From positions 10,765-74,764 of the forward strand of contig DASPSV010000032.1 in NCBI GenBank assembly GCA_035623755.1: 64,000 nucleotides of DNA. The letters run 5' to 3'. The translations under genes were made by a program, and so were the position numbers. Positions within the stretch are counted from its first letter, which is position 1. The number at the start of each line of letters is the position of its first letter. The stretch is from Gemmatimonadales bacterium (GTDB taxonomy: Bacteria > Gemmatimonadota > Gemmatimonadetes > Gemmatimonadales > JACORV01). This document shows positions 41,982 through 50,434 of this stretch, piece by piece. The notes beneath the pieces are model-generated. The model saw nothing but the letters and a program-made list of their open reading frames with translations, did no database searches and was not told where the DNA came from.

Positions 41982-42637
41982 GCGGCGGCTCGCGGGCGGC
42001 GGGCGTGGTCGGCGCGGCCCTGGCGCTGGTGCTGGGGTGCGCGCGGGACCGCACCGCCGGCTCCGACGCGGGGAGTGCCGAAGAGCGGCTGTTGCTCCAG
42101 GCGCGGGCGACCTACCGGTCGCCGGACGCGGTGGCGGCCGCCGCCTACACCTGGACCGCGCCGACCGGCGTGCCGTTCGTGCTCGTGGACGTCGAGTCGG
42201 GCGTCCCGGGCGTGGTGCAGGCGCGCGCCGACCTCTGGGCGGCGGGCGACAGCGCGCCGGTGCGGCTCGGGCGCTCGGACGTGCTGCCGTCGGCGGCCAC
42301 GATCGGCGCCTTCGCGTTCGAGGACGTGACGGGAGACGGCCTGCCCGACCTCCTGGGCTACGTCGCCGACTCGTCGGGCGCCGCGTATCCGGTCTTCCTG
42401 CCGGGCGCGCGCGGCATGATGGCGGAACAGCTCGAGCCGGCGGCGGCCGGCTATCGTCTGTCCGCCGAGCCCGAGGAGGCGCCTCGCGTGTTCGCCGGCC
42501 CGCACGGGCCGTGCGCCCTCCTGCTGTGGGCCGAGGCGCCCGCGCCGGACGCCGGACCGGCGGGGTGGCGCTATCTGGCGCTGCGAAGCTCCGGAGAGCT
42601 GGCGCCGCCGAGCATGCAGCCGCCTCCGTGTCCGTAG
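41978..42637 (+). CDS. Hypothetical lipoprotein
   Basis: Start reset to MSGGSRAAGVVGAALALVLGC (lipobox), in an ATGA overlap with slt. Contains an FG-GAP-like FEDVTGDGLPDLL. Confidence 0.5.
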   Translation: MSGGSRAAGVVGAALALVLGCARDRTAGSDAGSAEERLLLQARATYRSPDAVAAAAYTWTAPTGVPFVLVDVESGVPGVVQARADLWAAGDSAPVRLGRSDVLPSAATIGAFAFEDVTGDGLPDLLGYVADSSGAAYPVFLPGARGMMAEQLEPAAAGYRLSAEPEEAPRVFAGPHGPCALLLWAEAPAPDAGPAGWRYLALRSSGELAPPSMQPPPCP

Positions 42638-42684
42638 TGCAGCGGAGTTGGTGGCCCTCCGAAGGCCCGGTTAGAATTGTGGCC

Positions 42685-43758
42685 ATGTTCCCGAGATCCA
42701 CCGCAGTGGCAGCCGTGCTGGCCGCGGCGCTGTCGGCCGCCGCCGCCGCCCAGCAGCCGGATTCGGCGCGGGCGCCGGCCTGGCGCCCGGTGCAGCCCGA
42801 GTCCGGCGAAGTCCACCTGGCCAACGTCCGGCAGCTGACCTTCGGCGGCCAGAACGCCGAGGCGTACTTCTCCGCGGACGGCAGCAAGATCGTCTTCCAG
42901 AGCACCCGGGGCGATCGACCGTGCGACCAGGAGTACGTGATGAACGTGGACGGCTCGGACGTGCACCGCGTGTCCGACGGCCGGGGGCGGACCACGTGCG
43001 GCTACTTCTTCGACCACGACCGCAAGGTGCTGTTCGCCTCGACGTCGGCGACGGGGCCGGATTGCCCGAAGCCCCCCGACTACTCGCACGGCTACGTCTG
43101 GGCGGTGGAGGACTTCGACATCTGGACGGCCGACGCGGACGGGTCGCACCTGCGCCGGCTGACGCGGAACCCGGGCTACAACGCCGAGGCCGTCGTCTCG
43201 CCGGACGGCAAGTCCGTCGTGTTCACGTCGTCGCGCCACGGCGACCTCGACATCTACACCATGCGGATCGACGGCTCGCACGTGCGCCAGCTCACTCACG
43301 AGCTGGGCTACGACGGCGGGCCGTGGTGGTCGCACGACGGCCGGCGCATCGTGTACCGCGCCTACCACCCGGCCACGGCGGCCGATTCGGCGAAGTATCG
43401 CCAGCTGTACGCGCAGCACCTGGTGCAGCCGCTGGAGATGGAGCTGTGGGTGATGAACGCCGACGGCACCGACCGCCACCAGATCACGCACCTGGGCGGC
43501 GCGAACTTCGCGCCGTACTTCACGCCCGACGACCGGAAGATCATCTTCGCGTCCAACGCCCGCGATCCGCGCGGCCGCAACTTCGATCTCTACCTGGTCA
43601 ACGTCGACGGCACGGGGCTCGAGCAGGTGACGACGTACCCGGACTTCGACAGCTTCCCCATGTTCTCCCCCGACGGCAAGCAGCTGGTCTGGGCGTCCAA
43701 CCGGCACGGCACGCAGCCGCACGAAACGAACATCTTCATCGCCGACTGGGTACCCTGA
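42685..43758 (+). CDS. TolB-like PD40 beta-propeller protein, secreted
   Basis: Last 357 aa of ORF 41773..43758. Signal peptide present. Repeated PD40 units (SPDGKSVVFTS, FSPDGKQLVWASNR, DIYTM, DLYLV). Confidence 0.8.
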   Translation: MFPRSTAVAAVLAAALSAAAAAQQPDSARAPAWRPVQPESGEVHLANVRQLTFGGQNAEAYFSADGSKIVFQSTRGDRPCDQEYVMNVDGSDVHRVSDGRGRTTCGYFFDHDRKVLFASTSATGPDCPKPPDYSHGYVWAVEDFDIWTADADGSHLRRLTRNPGYNAEAVVSPDGKSVVFTSSRHGDLDIYTMRIDGSHVRQLTHELGYDGGPWWSHDGRRIVYRAYHPATAADSAKYRQLYAQHLVQPLEMELWVMNADGTDRHQITHLGGANFAPYFTPDDRKIIFASNARDPRGRNFDLYLVNVDGTGLEQVTTYPDFDSFPMFSPDGKQLVWASNRHGTQPHETNIFIADWVP

Positions 43759-43799
43759 AGACTGGTTGCCAGACGCGAGGGAACGGAGACAGGACGGAC

Positions 43800-44546
43800 A
43801 TGAGCGAGGCGCAGCAGGGAAAGACCGACCAGCCGGAGAAGCCCGGGCAGCCGAAGAAGTCCCTCCGCCATTCGACGTGGGAGTGGGTGAAGTCCCTCGC
43901 GGTCGCGCTGGTCATCTGGTTCGTGCTGCGCACGCTGCTGGTGGAGGCGTTCCGGATCCCCTCGAGCAGCATGGAGCGCACGCTGCTGGTGGGGGACTTC
44001 CTGTTCGTGAACAAGGCGCTGTACGGCGCCGAGGTCCCGCTCATCCACACCCACCTGCCCGCGATCCGCGAGCCGCGGCGCGGCGACATCGTGGTGTTCG
44101 ACTCGCGCACCGAGCCCGGCGTGAAGGTGGTCAAGCGCGTCGTGGGGATGCCGGGCGACACCCTGCTGATGAAGCACGCGATCCTGTGGCGGAACGGCGT
44201 GGCGCAGCAGGAGGGCTACGTCGAGCACGTGGACTCGTCCGACGACACGAGCGACCCGGGGATGCGCGACTGGCAGCTCGACTACCTGCCGCCCAGCGTG
44301 AGCCACGACACCTATCGTCCGACGCGCGACAACTGGGGGCCGCTGGTGGTCCCGCCCGGGCAGTACTTCGTGATGGGGGACAACCGGGACAACTCGTACG
44401 ACTCGCGGTACTGGGGGTTCGTGCCTCGCGGCGTCATCCGCGGGCGCCCCATGTTCATCTACTACTCGTTCGACCACGACTCCTGGCGGGCGCTGCCGTT
44501 CCTGACGGCGATCCGCTGGGCCCGCATCGGGCACCAGCCGCGCTAG
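43800..44546 (+). CDS. lepB: Signal peptidase I
   Basis: Last 248 aa of ORF 42921..44546. IPSSSMERTL (catalytic Ser), KRVVGMPGD (Lys), GDNRDNSYDSRYWGFV. Confidence 0.9.
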   Translation: MSEAQQGKTDQPEKPGQPKKSLRHSTWEWVKSLAVALVIWFVLRTLLVEAFRIPSSSMERTLLVGDFLFVNKALYGAEVPLIHTHLPAIREPRRGDIVVFDSRTEPGVKVVKRVVGMPGDTLLMKHAILWRNGVAQQEGYVEHVDSSDDTSDPGMRDWQLDYLPPSVSHDTYRPTRDNWGPLVVPPGQYFVMGDNRDNSYDSRYWGFVPRGVIRGRPMFIYYSFDHDSWRALPFLTAIRWARIGHQPR

Positions 44547-45685
44547 AGCGCGGCCGGCGCGGCGCGGCGCCCGCGAGCCAGCATCAGCGCCGCACCCATC
44601 CCTAGCAGTCCCAGCACCGCCCCCGCCCAGAACGGCGCGCGCAGCCCGGACGCGCCGATGAGGAAGCCTGCCAGCGTGGGGCCCACGATCCGGCCGAGCG
44701 TGGACGCCGTCTGGGTGACGCCCAGCGCCGCCCCCTGCTGCGCGGCCGACGCGCGGCGGCTCACCACGGCGTAGACGCTCGGCGTCGCCAGGGCCGAGCC
44801 GGCGGACAGGAGCCCCAGGGCCGCGTACAGCGACCAGCGCGCGGTCGCCCCGGGCACGAGTGCCAGCCCGAGCGCGAGCAGCGCCGCCCCGGCCGCCGCC
44901 AGCCGCTCCTCGCCCACGCGGGACGCGAGGCGGCCCACCAGCCCGCCCTGCACCGCGGCGGACACGACGCCCATGTAGGCGAACAGCATTCCCATCCGCC
45001 GCGTGCTGTCGCCCCACACGTCGCGGCCGAACAGGGGCAGCGTGACGTGGATGACGGCGAACGCGGCGGTCAGGAGAAAGCTGGCCGCGAGCGGCGCGGC
45101 CATCGCGCGGAGGCGGTCCCGCTCGGCGGGCGAGGCGCCGCGCCGCGGGGTCTCGGGGAGCCACGCGGCGGCGCCGAGCGCGTTGGCGGCACACAGCGCG
45201 GCCGCGACGACGCCGGCGCTGCTGTAGCTGTGCGCCGACAGCGCGCCGCCCAGCGCGGGCCCCAGGATGAAGCCCATCGCGAACGCGGCGCCGAGCACGC
45301 CCATCGCGTGGGCGCGCCGCTCCGGCGGCGTGACGTCGGCGATGTACGCCTGCGCGACGCCCACCGTGGCCCCCATCGCGCCGGCCACGATGCGCGACAC
45401 CAGGAGGACCCAGTAGCTGCCGGCCAGTGCGAACAGCACGTAGGAGACCGTGGAGCCCACCAGCCCCACGATCAGCACCGGTCGGCGGCCGAACCGGTCC
45501 GAGAGGCTGCCCCACAACGGCACCGCCACGAGCTGCAGCAACGAGAAGCTCGTGACCAGGAATCCGATGGCCGTCGGCGACACGTGGAACAGCGTCGCGT
45601 ACGTGGGCAGCAACGGCAGGACGATCCCGAAGCCGAGGAGATCGACGAAGACGACTGCGAAGACGATGCCGAGCTGCTTGGTCAC
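44543..45685 (-). CDS. MFS transporter
   Basis: 380 aa. 12 TM helices and the GSLSDRFGRRPVL motif-A loop. Confidence 0.85.
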   Translation of the reverse strand: MTKQLGIVFAVVFVDLLGFGIVLPLLPTYATLFHVSPTAIGFLVTSFSLLQLVAVPLWGSLSDRFGRRPVLIVGLVGSTVSYVLFALAGSYWVLLVSRIVAGAMGATVGVAQAYIADVTPPERRAHAMGVLGAAFAMGFILGPALGGALSAHSYSSAGVVAAALCAANALGAAAWLPETPRRGASPAERDRLRAMAAPLAASFLLTAAFAVIHVTLPLFGRDVWGDSTRRMGMLFAYMGVVSAAVQGGLVGRLASRVGEERLAAAGAALLALGLALVPGATARWSLYAALGLLSAGSALATPSVYAVVSRRASAAQQGAALGVTQTASTLGRIVGPTLAGFLIGASGLRAPFWAGAVLGLLGMGAALMLARGRRAAPAAL

Positions 45686-45716
45686 GCGGAGCGGATCAGG
45701 ACGGGGGCGCCACCGG

Positions 45717-45932
45717 TCACTTGTAGCGGTAGGTGATGCGGCCCCGGGTCAGGTCGTAGGGCGACAGCTCGACGGCGACCCGGTCGCCGCGCAGGATGCG
45801 GATGTAGTTCTTGCGCATCTTCCCCGAGACGTAGGCCAGGATCTGGTGGCCGTTCTCCAGCTCCACGCGGAACGTGGTGTTGGGGAGCACCTCGGTGATC
45901 GTACCCATCATCTGGATCGCGTCGCCTGCCAC
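45717..45932 (-). CDS. infA: Translation initiation factor IF-1
   Basis: 71 aa. [51 protein letters not shown]. Confidence 0.95.
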   Translation of the reverse strand: MAGDAIQMMGTITEVLPNTTFRVELENGHQILAYVSGKMRKNYIRILRGDRVAVELSPYDLTRGRITYRYK

Positions 45933-46061
45933 GTCCCGAGCCCGCCTCTGGCTGAAGGGGAGTCGCCGGGCCTCGACTCCGCCACGGCAACCCCTAACCT
46001 AGCCGCCCGTCAGGGGCGGCGCAAAGGGGTTTCCCACAGGGCCTTGCGGATTTCCGATACC

Positions 46062-46079
46062 TTGTGAATCAATTCACAA
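46062..46079. promoter_or_regulatory. CRP/FNR-family binding-site candidate
   Basis: Perfect 18-bp palindrome TTGTGAATCAATTCACAA, which is TGTGA-N6-TCACA, in the infA/cupredoxin divergent region. Confidence 0.5.
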
Positions 46080-46165
46080 CAACCAGCAATCGCCACTTCG
46101 CGGCAGCGGCGGGGTAGCACCCGGCCGTTCGTCGAGGCAATCTCCAACTGGAGGAACAGGTCGCA

Positions 46166-46585
46166 ATGAACCGCTGGTCACTGGCAGCTCTCCCGATCCT
46201 CGCCCTCGGCGCCGCCGCGTTCGCCCGGCCGTCGACGCACGCCGCGCCCCCGGCGACGCATCACGTGACGATGGTGCAGCAGGGCGCGAAGTACCTCTTC
46301 GTCCCGGCCAACTTCACCATCGCCTCCGGCGACATCGTCGAGTTCGAGAACGTGTCCGGCGGTCCGCACAACGTCGCCTTCGACAAGGACCACATCCCGG
46401 CCGGCGCGCGGGACGTCCTGAATGGCGCCATGGCGCGGCGGCAGGGCGATCTGATGGGGCCGTTCCTCACCACGCCGCACGAGAAGTACACGATCACGTT
46501 CACGGGCGCCCCCAAGGGCACCTACAGCTACTTCTGCCTGCCCCACCGGGCGCTGGGCATGGTGGGCGTCATCACGGTCCAGTAG
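46166..46585 (+). CDS. Plastocyanin/azurin-family blue-copper protein (cupredoxin)
   Basis: 139 aa. Signal peptide present. Cu ligands GGPHNVAF ... YSYFCLPHRALGMVG (H..C..H..M). SD GGAGGA lies upstream. Confidence 0.85.
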   Translation: MNRWSLAALPILALGAAAFARPSTHAAPPATHHVTMVQQGAKYLFVPANFTIASGDIVEFENVSGGPHNVAFDKDHIPAGARDVLNGAMARRQGDLMGPFLTTPHEKYTITFTGAPKGTYSYFCLPHRALGMVGVITVQ

Positions 46586-46607
46586 CGCCTTCCGAGCGCG
46601 GCTTGCG

Positions 46608-46647
46608 GCCCCTCCCGCCCCGGAGTAAGTCTGGCGGCGGGAGGGGC
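46608..46647 (+). other. 12-bp hairpin downstream of the cupredoxin gene, overlapping the SD of the next small ORF
   Basis: GCCCCTCCCGCC ... GGCGGGAGGGGC. The 3' arm contains GGGAGGGG, 7-8 nt upstream of the ATG at 46654. Confidence 0.6.
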
Positions 46648-46653
46648 TTCCGT

Positions 46654-46902
46654 ATGGTGCCAGAGCCAACGGCTGAGAACTTCGACCTCCTCGCCGACGT
46701 CCCGATCGAGGAGGTACGGGCCACACCGGAGGGGTTCGTGCTGGAGGGTCACGGAAGCGACCGCTCGGGGTACCGTCTCGAGATGCACATCGACTGGCCG
46801 GTCGATCCGCGCACCAAGAAGGTGTTGAGCGAAATCCTCGCGCAGGCTGAGGTTAGGGTCATGCGGTGGCGGTCGCCGCCGAGGCGGGGGCGCGCGCACT
46901 AG
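46654..46902 (+). CDS. Small hypothetical protein
   Basis: Start reset to M18 of ORF 46603..46902 (MVPEPTAENFDLL..). GC3 bias is acceptable and no family was recognised. Confidence 0.4.
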   Translation: MVPEPTAENFDLLADVPIEEVRATPEGFVLEGHGSDRSGYRLEMHIDWPVDPRTKKVLSEILAQAEVRVMRWRSPPRRGRAH

Positions 46903-47037
46903 CCGGGGCGTGACTCGTGTCACGGCAGCGGCGGCGGGGGACGTGGTAGTCTGGCTGTTCGGGACCTGGCGGCGAGAGCTTGCCGGCGTTTTTCGGCGCC
47001 TGCATACTTGAGCCGTCCCGTCTGTCGCACACTCCAT

Positions 47038-48411
47038 ATGAGGTATCGCCTGATGAGGCCTGCGCTGCACGGCCACAGGGTCCTTCGTCTCGCCGTGGTT
47101 CTCGCCTGTGGCGCGTGCGCCACCGGCGGCGGCGGCGCGATCCGGGTGAGCGACGTGACGCCGCAGTCCATCGCGTCGCTGGAGGCGGAACGCAGTCAGC
47201 GCCCGCACGACGCGAACACGCTCACCCGGCTGGGCGTGGCGTACTTCAAGGCCGGACGCTACAAGGACGCCCGTCCGGTGCTCGACACGGCGGCGACCGG
47301 CGACCCCAGCAGCGGCGTGGCGGCCGTCTACCTGGGCATGACCGCGGAGCAGCTCGGTGACTTCGCCGCGGCGCGGGCGGCGTACCAGCGCTACATCGGC
47401 ATCGCCACCAACCCCGACCTCAAGCGCACCGCGCAACAGCGGCTGGCGCTGGTGGATCGCAACGAGCTGACCTACCAGGCGCACCAGGCGCTCGCCAACG
47501 AGTCGAGCATCGCGGCGATGCCGCCCGAGTCGAACACGGTCGCGGTGATGCCGTTCCTGTACTCCGGCCGGGATTCGACGATCCAGCCGCTCGGGCGCGG
47601 CCTGGCCCAGCTGCTGGTGACCGACCTGGCCAAGTCGCGGCAGATCCGGGTCCTCGAGCGGGAGCGGATGCAGGCGATCCTCGGCGAGCTGAAGCTCTCC
47701 GATTCGGCGCAGGCCGATCCCTCGACCGCGCTGCGGAGCGGCCACCTGCTGCGGGCCGCGCGCGTCGTCCAGGGCGCGATCGCGGGTCTGCCCGGCAATC
47801 AGCTGCAGGTGGACGCGGCGGTCGTTGACGTCTCCAGCTCCGGCGTGGCGCCCACCGCGCAGCAGCGGAGTACGCTGGCCCGCCTGTTCGACCTCGAGAA
47901 GCAGCTGGCGTACGGCCTGTTCAACAGCATGGGGATCCAGCTCAGTCCGTCGGAGCAGTCCGCCATCGACCAGCGGCCGACGCAGAACCTGCAGGCGTTC
48001 CTGGTCTACAGCCGTGGGCTCGAGGCCCAGGACCGCGGAGACTACGCGTCCGCGCAGGCGGATTTCAACCAGGCGACGACCCTCGACCCCACCTTCCGCG
48101 CCGCCAGCCAGAGCGCGGCCACGGCGACGAGCCTCTCGGCCGCGTCCCAGCAGTCGGTCAGCCAGGTCGAGACCGCGGTGTCGCAGAGCACGACCATCCC
48201 GGCGCCGCCGCCCCCGGCGCCGACCCAGGACATGCTGACGGCGGGCACCAACAGCGTCGCACCGACCACGACGACGACGACCGCGCAATCGACGAGCACG
48301 TCGACGACGCAGCCCACGACCGAGCGCTCCTCGCAGCCTGAGGTCACGGGTACGCTTGGCGGACAGCGGGCGACGGGCACGGTGGTGATCATCATCCAGA
48401 GGCCGAAGTGA
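47038..48411 (+). CDS. Lipoprotein with TPR repeats, a CsgG/TolB-N-like domain and a Thr/Ser/Gln-rich tail
   Basis: Lipobox LAVVLACGAC. TPR (LGVAYFKAGRYKDA). VAVMPFLYSG..LGRGLAQLLVTDLAKSRQIRVLERERMQAILGELKLS. Tail ..TTTTTTAQSTSTSTTQPTT.. The start could instead be 47008 or 47053. Confidence 0.65.
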   Translation: MRYRLMRPALHGHRVLRLAVVLACGACATGGGGAIRVSDVTPQSIASLEAERSQRPHDANTLTRLGVAYFKAGRYKDARPVLDTAATGDPSSGVAAVYLGMTAEQLGDFAAARAAYQRYIGIATNPDLKRTAQQRLALVDRNELTYQAHQALANESSIAAMPPESNTVAVMPFLYSGRDSTIQPLGRGLAQLLVTDLAKSRQIRVLERERMQAILGELKLSDSAQADPSTALRSGHLLRAARVVQGAIAGLPGNQLQVDAAVVDVSSSGVAPTAQQRSTLARLFDLEKQLAYGLFNSMGIQLSPSEQSAIDQRPTQNLQAFLVYSRGLEAQDRGDYASAQADFNQATTLDPTFRAASQSAATATSLSAASQQSVSQVETAVSQSTTIPAPPPPAPTQDMLTAGTNSVAPTTTTTTAQSTSTSTTQPTTERSSQPEVTGTLGGQRATGTVVIIIQRPK

Positions 48412-49523
48412 GCGCCCGGCACCTGGTCGTCCGCGCAGCGGCGGCGCTCGTCCTCCTCGTGCCCGCGCCGCTCCTGGCGCAGGGCCCGACGTGGCTCACC
48501 GGGGTGGAGGCGCGCGGGATCAGCTACCAGAGCCAGACGGGCTTCTTCATCAAGAGCGTGTCGGAAGTGTCGATTCCCGTGGCCGTGATCTGGCCCGTGA
48601 ATTCCCGCCTGGCCTTCGACGTGGGCGGCCGGTGGGCGACGGCCACGCGCAAGGGCACCGACACCACGGCGACGATCTCGGGCTTGACCGACATCCAGGC
48701 GCGGGGCGTCTACCAGATCGTCCCGGACCTGCTGGCGTTGACCGTCTCGGCGAACCTCCCGACGGGGAAGACCAACTTCACCGGCGGCCAGCTGCTGACC
48801 GCGGGCGCCATCGCTTCCGATCTCCTCCCGTACCCGGTCGCCAACTTCGGCTCGGGCTTCAACGTGACGAGCGGTCTCGCGGTCGCGGTTCCGGTGGGAG
48901 GCTGGGCCGTCGGCGTCGCCGGCAGCTACCGGGTGAACGGGAGCTTCACGTCCGCGGCCGGAAGCTACAGGGCTGGCGGGGAGTTCCGGGTGCGCGCCGG
49001 CGCGGACCGCATCATCGGACAGAGCCGCGTGTCTTTCGGGTTCACGTACTCGGGCTTCGGCGAGGACAACCTCGCCAGCTCGCCCATCTTCCAGTCGGGC
49101 AACCGCTACATCGGGCAGGGCTCCTGGAGCTTCCCCGTCGGCAACGTCGGCCTGCAGGTGTACGCGTGGGATCTGTACCGCGCGCCGGGCTCGCAGCTGT
49201 TCGGCTCCCCGGTTCCGATGCAGAAGTCGAACGTCCTGTCGTTCGGGACGGCGGCGTCGGTGCAGCTCGGCGCTAACGTGCTCCGGCCACAGGTCGAATT
49301 CCGCATGCACTGGCTCGGCGATTCGACGCTCGCCACCGCCGGCCGGCTGCTCGCCTTCGCGCTCCAGTACGAGATGACCCTCAACGCGCGGTTCTCCCTC
49401 CTGCCGTCGGTCCGATTCGACACGGGGAACGAGAACCTCATCGACGGCAACGGCAATCCGACCGCGCCGACGGCGAGCTTTACCGGCTGGAACGTGGGGC
49501 TGATGCTGCGCGCGAGGACGTAG
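48408..49523 (+). CDS. Outer-membrane beta-barrel protein, function unknown
   Basis: 371 aa. Signal peptide ..PLLAQG and amphipathic beta-strand periodicity throughout. GTGA overlap with the upstream lipoprotein gene. Confidence 0.6.
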   Translation: MSARHLVVRAAAALVLLVPAPLLAQGPTWLTGVEARGISYQSQTGFFIKSVSEVSIPVAVIWPVNSRLAFDVGGRWATATRKGTDTTATISGLTDIQARGVYQIVPDLLALTVSANLPTGKTNFTGGQLLTAGAIASDLLPYPVANFGSGFNVTSGLAVAVPVGGWAVGVAGSYRVNGSFTSAAGSYRAGGEFRVRAGADRIIGQSRVSFGFTYSGFGEDNLASSPIFQSGNRYIGQGSWSFPVGNVGLQVYAWDLYRAPGSQLFGSPVPMQKSNVLSFGTAASVQLGANVLRPQVEFRMHWLGDSTLATAGRLLAFALQYEMTLNARFSLLPSVRFDTGNENLIDGNGNPTAPTASFTGWNVGLMLRART

Positions 49524-49547
49524 CGGCATCGCGCGCCCACCCTCCGC

Positions 49548-49586
49548 GGCCCGGCAAGTGTAAGTGCTTGTCGGGCCGTTTGTTAT
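49548..49586 (+). terminator. Rho-independent terminator after the beta-barrel gene
   Basis: GGCCCGGCAAG-TGTAAGTG-CTTGTCGGGCC followed by GTTTGTTAT. Confidence 0.7.
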
Positions 49587-49622
49587 GGATGCTGCAGCCG
49601 GCAGGAATTGTGCTCCATCTCC

Positions 49623-49651
49623 TTGACGAAGCCCCCCCCGCTCGGTAGGTT
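49623..49651 (+). promoter_or_regulatory. Sigma70-like promoter candidate
   Basis: TTGACG-N17-TAGGTT, about 75 nt upstream of the 49728 ATG in a lower-GC intergenic stretch. Confidence 0.4.
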
Positions 49652-49727
49652 GGCCCTCGCCAGCCGCCACAGCGGGCAGCGTGCGCCATCAACCGGTGAC
49701 GGCGCGTAGCCTAACGCATTGTGGGAC

Positions 49728-50183
49728 ATGGAGATCGCCGTGGCAACCGAGCTGAGCAGCGGAGCCATCTCCAGCATTCTCGAGTCTGTTCCCGGCATCG
49801 CACACGTGCTGCGGAGTCCCGTCGCCGACGCGATGGTGAATCTGTCGCGGGCGGCGGCCGGCGTCGGGCAATTCCGCATCCAGGATGCGCGCGAGTTGAT
49901 CCGCTACGCCGTGCGGCGCGGCCTGATCGGGAGCGACGAAGGCGACCGCGTCACGGCCGAGATCGAGGGTGCCGCGGCCGTGAAGGCGGAGAAGGCCGCG
50001 ACGCGCAAGGCGGCGCGCGAGGAGCGGAAGCGGGTAGCCGCGCGCGCGATGCGCGGCCACGCGCGCGCCGGCGACAAGGGTCACAAGCCCCCGTCGGCGA
50101 AGAAGCCGGCGCATGCCGCGACGCGGGGCAAGCGCGGCGCGCACGCGGGCAAGTCGGCCGCTCGGGGCAAACACCACCGCTAG
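49728..50183 (+). CDS. Hypothetical protein with a Lys/Arg/Ala-rich (histone-H1-like) C-terminal tail
   Basis: The ATG lies 3 codons inside the TTG-initiated ORF 49719..50183. High GC3. Tail AAVKAEKAATRKAAREERKRVAARAMRGHARAGDKGHKPPSAKKPAHAATRGKRGAHAGKSAARGKHHR. Confidence 0.55.
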   Translation: MEIAVATELSSGAISSILESVPGIAHVLRSPVADAMVNLSRAAAGVGQFRIQDARELIRYAVRRGLIGSDEGDRVTAEIEGAAAVKAEKAATRKAAREERKRVAARAMRGHARAGDKGHKPPSAKKPAHAATRGKRGAHAGKSAARGKHHR

Positions 50184-50434
50184 TGCCCGGGGCCGGGCGG
50201 CGCCTCGGCCCGTAAGGAAGTGACGCGCGGTGGGAGCGTGCCGCACGCGAGCGGTGGCCCGATTCGGGTGGCATCCGCCGGGCGGGCCCCACCGCGCGTC
50301 GCGTCAAACGGTAATGAGCGGCCGCCGCGCATCGCCGCCCGAGCGTTGCAGCGCGCGCCCTCCCGTTGCCGCGCGGTGGCATCGGATGGGCGCGGCGATT
50401 ACTCTCACGGGAAGCGGTTCGTCGAGGTGCTGCC

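Noticed and set aside
39672-42995. 1107-aa minus-strand ORF, the longest in the track
   Set aside because: It is antisense to slt, the lipoprotein gene and the TolB-like gene, all of which carry clear family motifs. Its peptide is low-complexity R/P/G/A.
48240-48330. ACG/ACC-rich tandem-looking DNA as a satellite or CRISPR-like repeat
   Set aside because: It is in frame within the lipoprotein gene and simply encodes a Thr/Ser-rich low-complexity tail (TTTTTTAQSTSTSTTQPTT). There is no spacer-repeat organisation.
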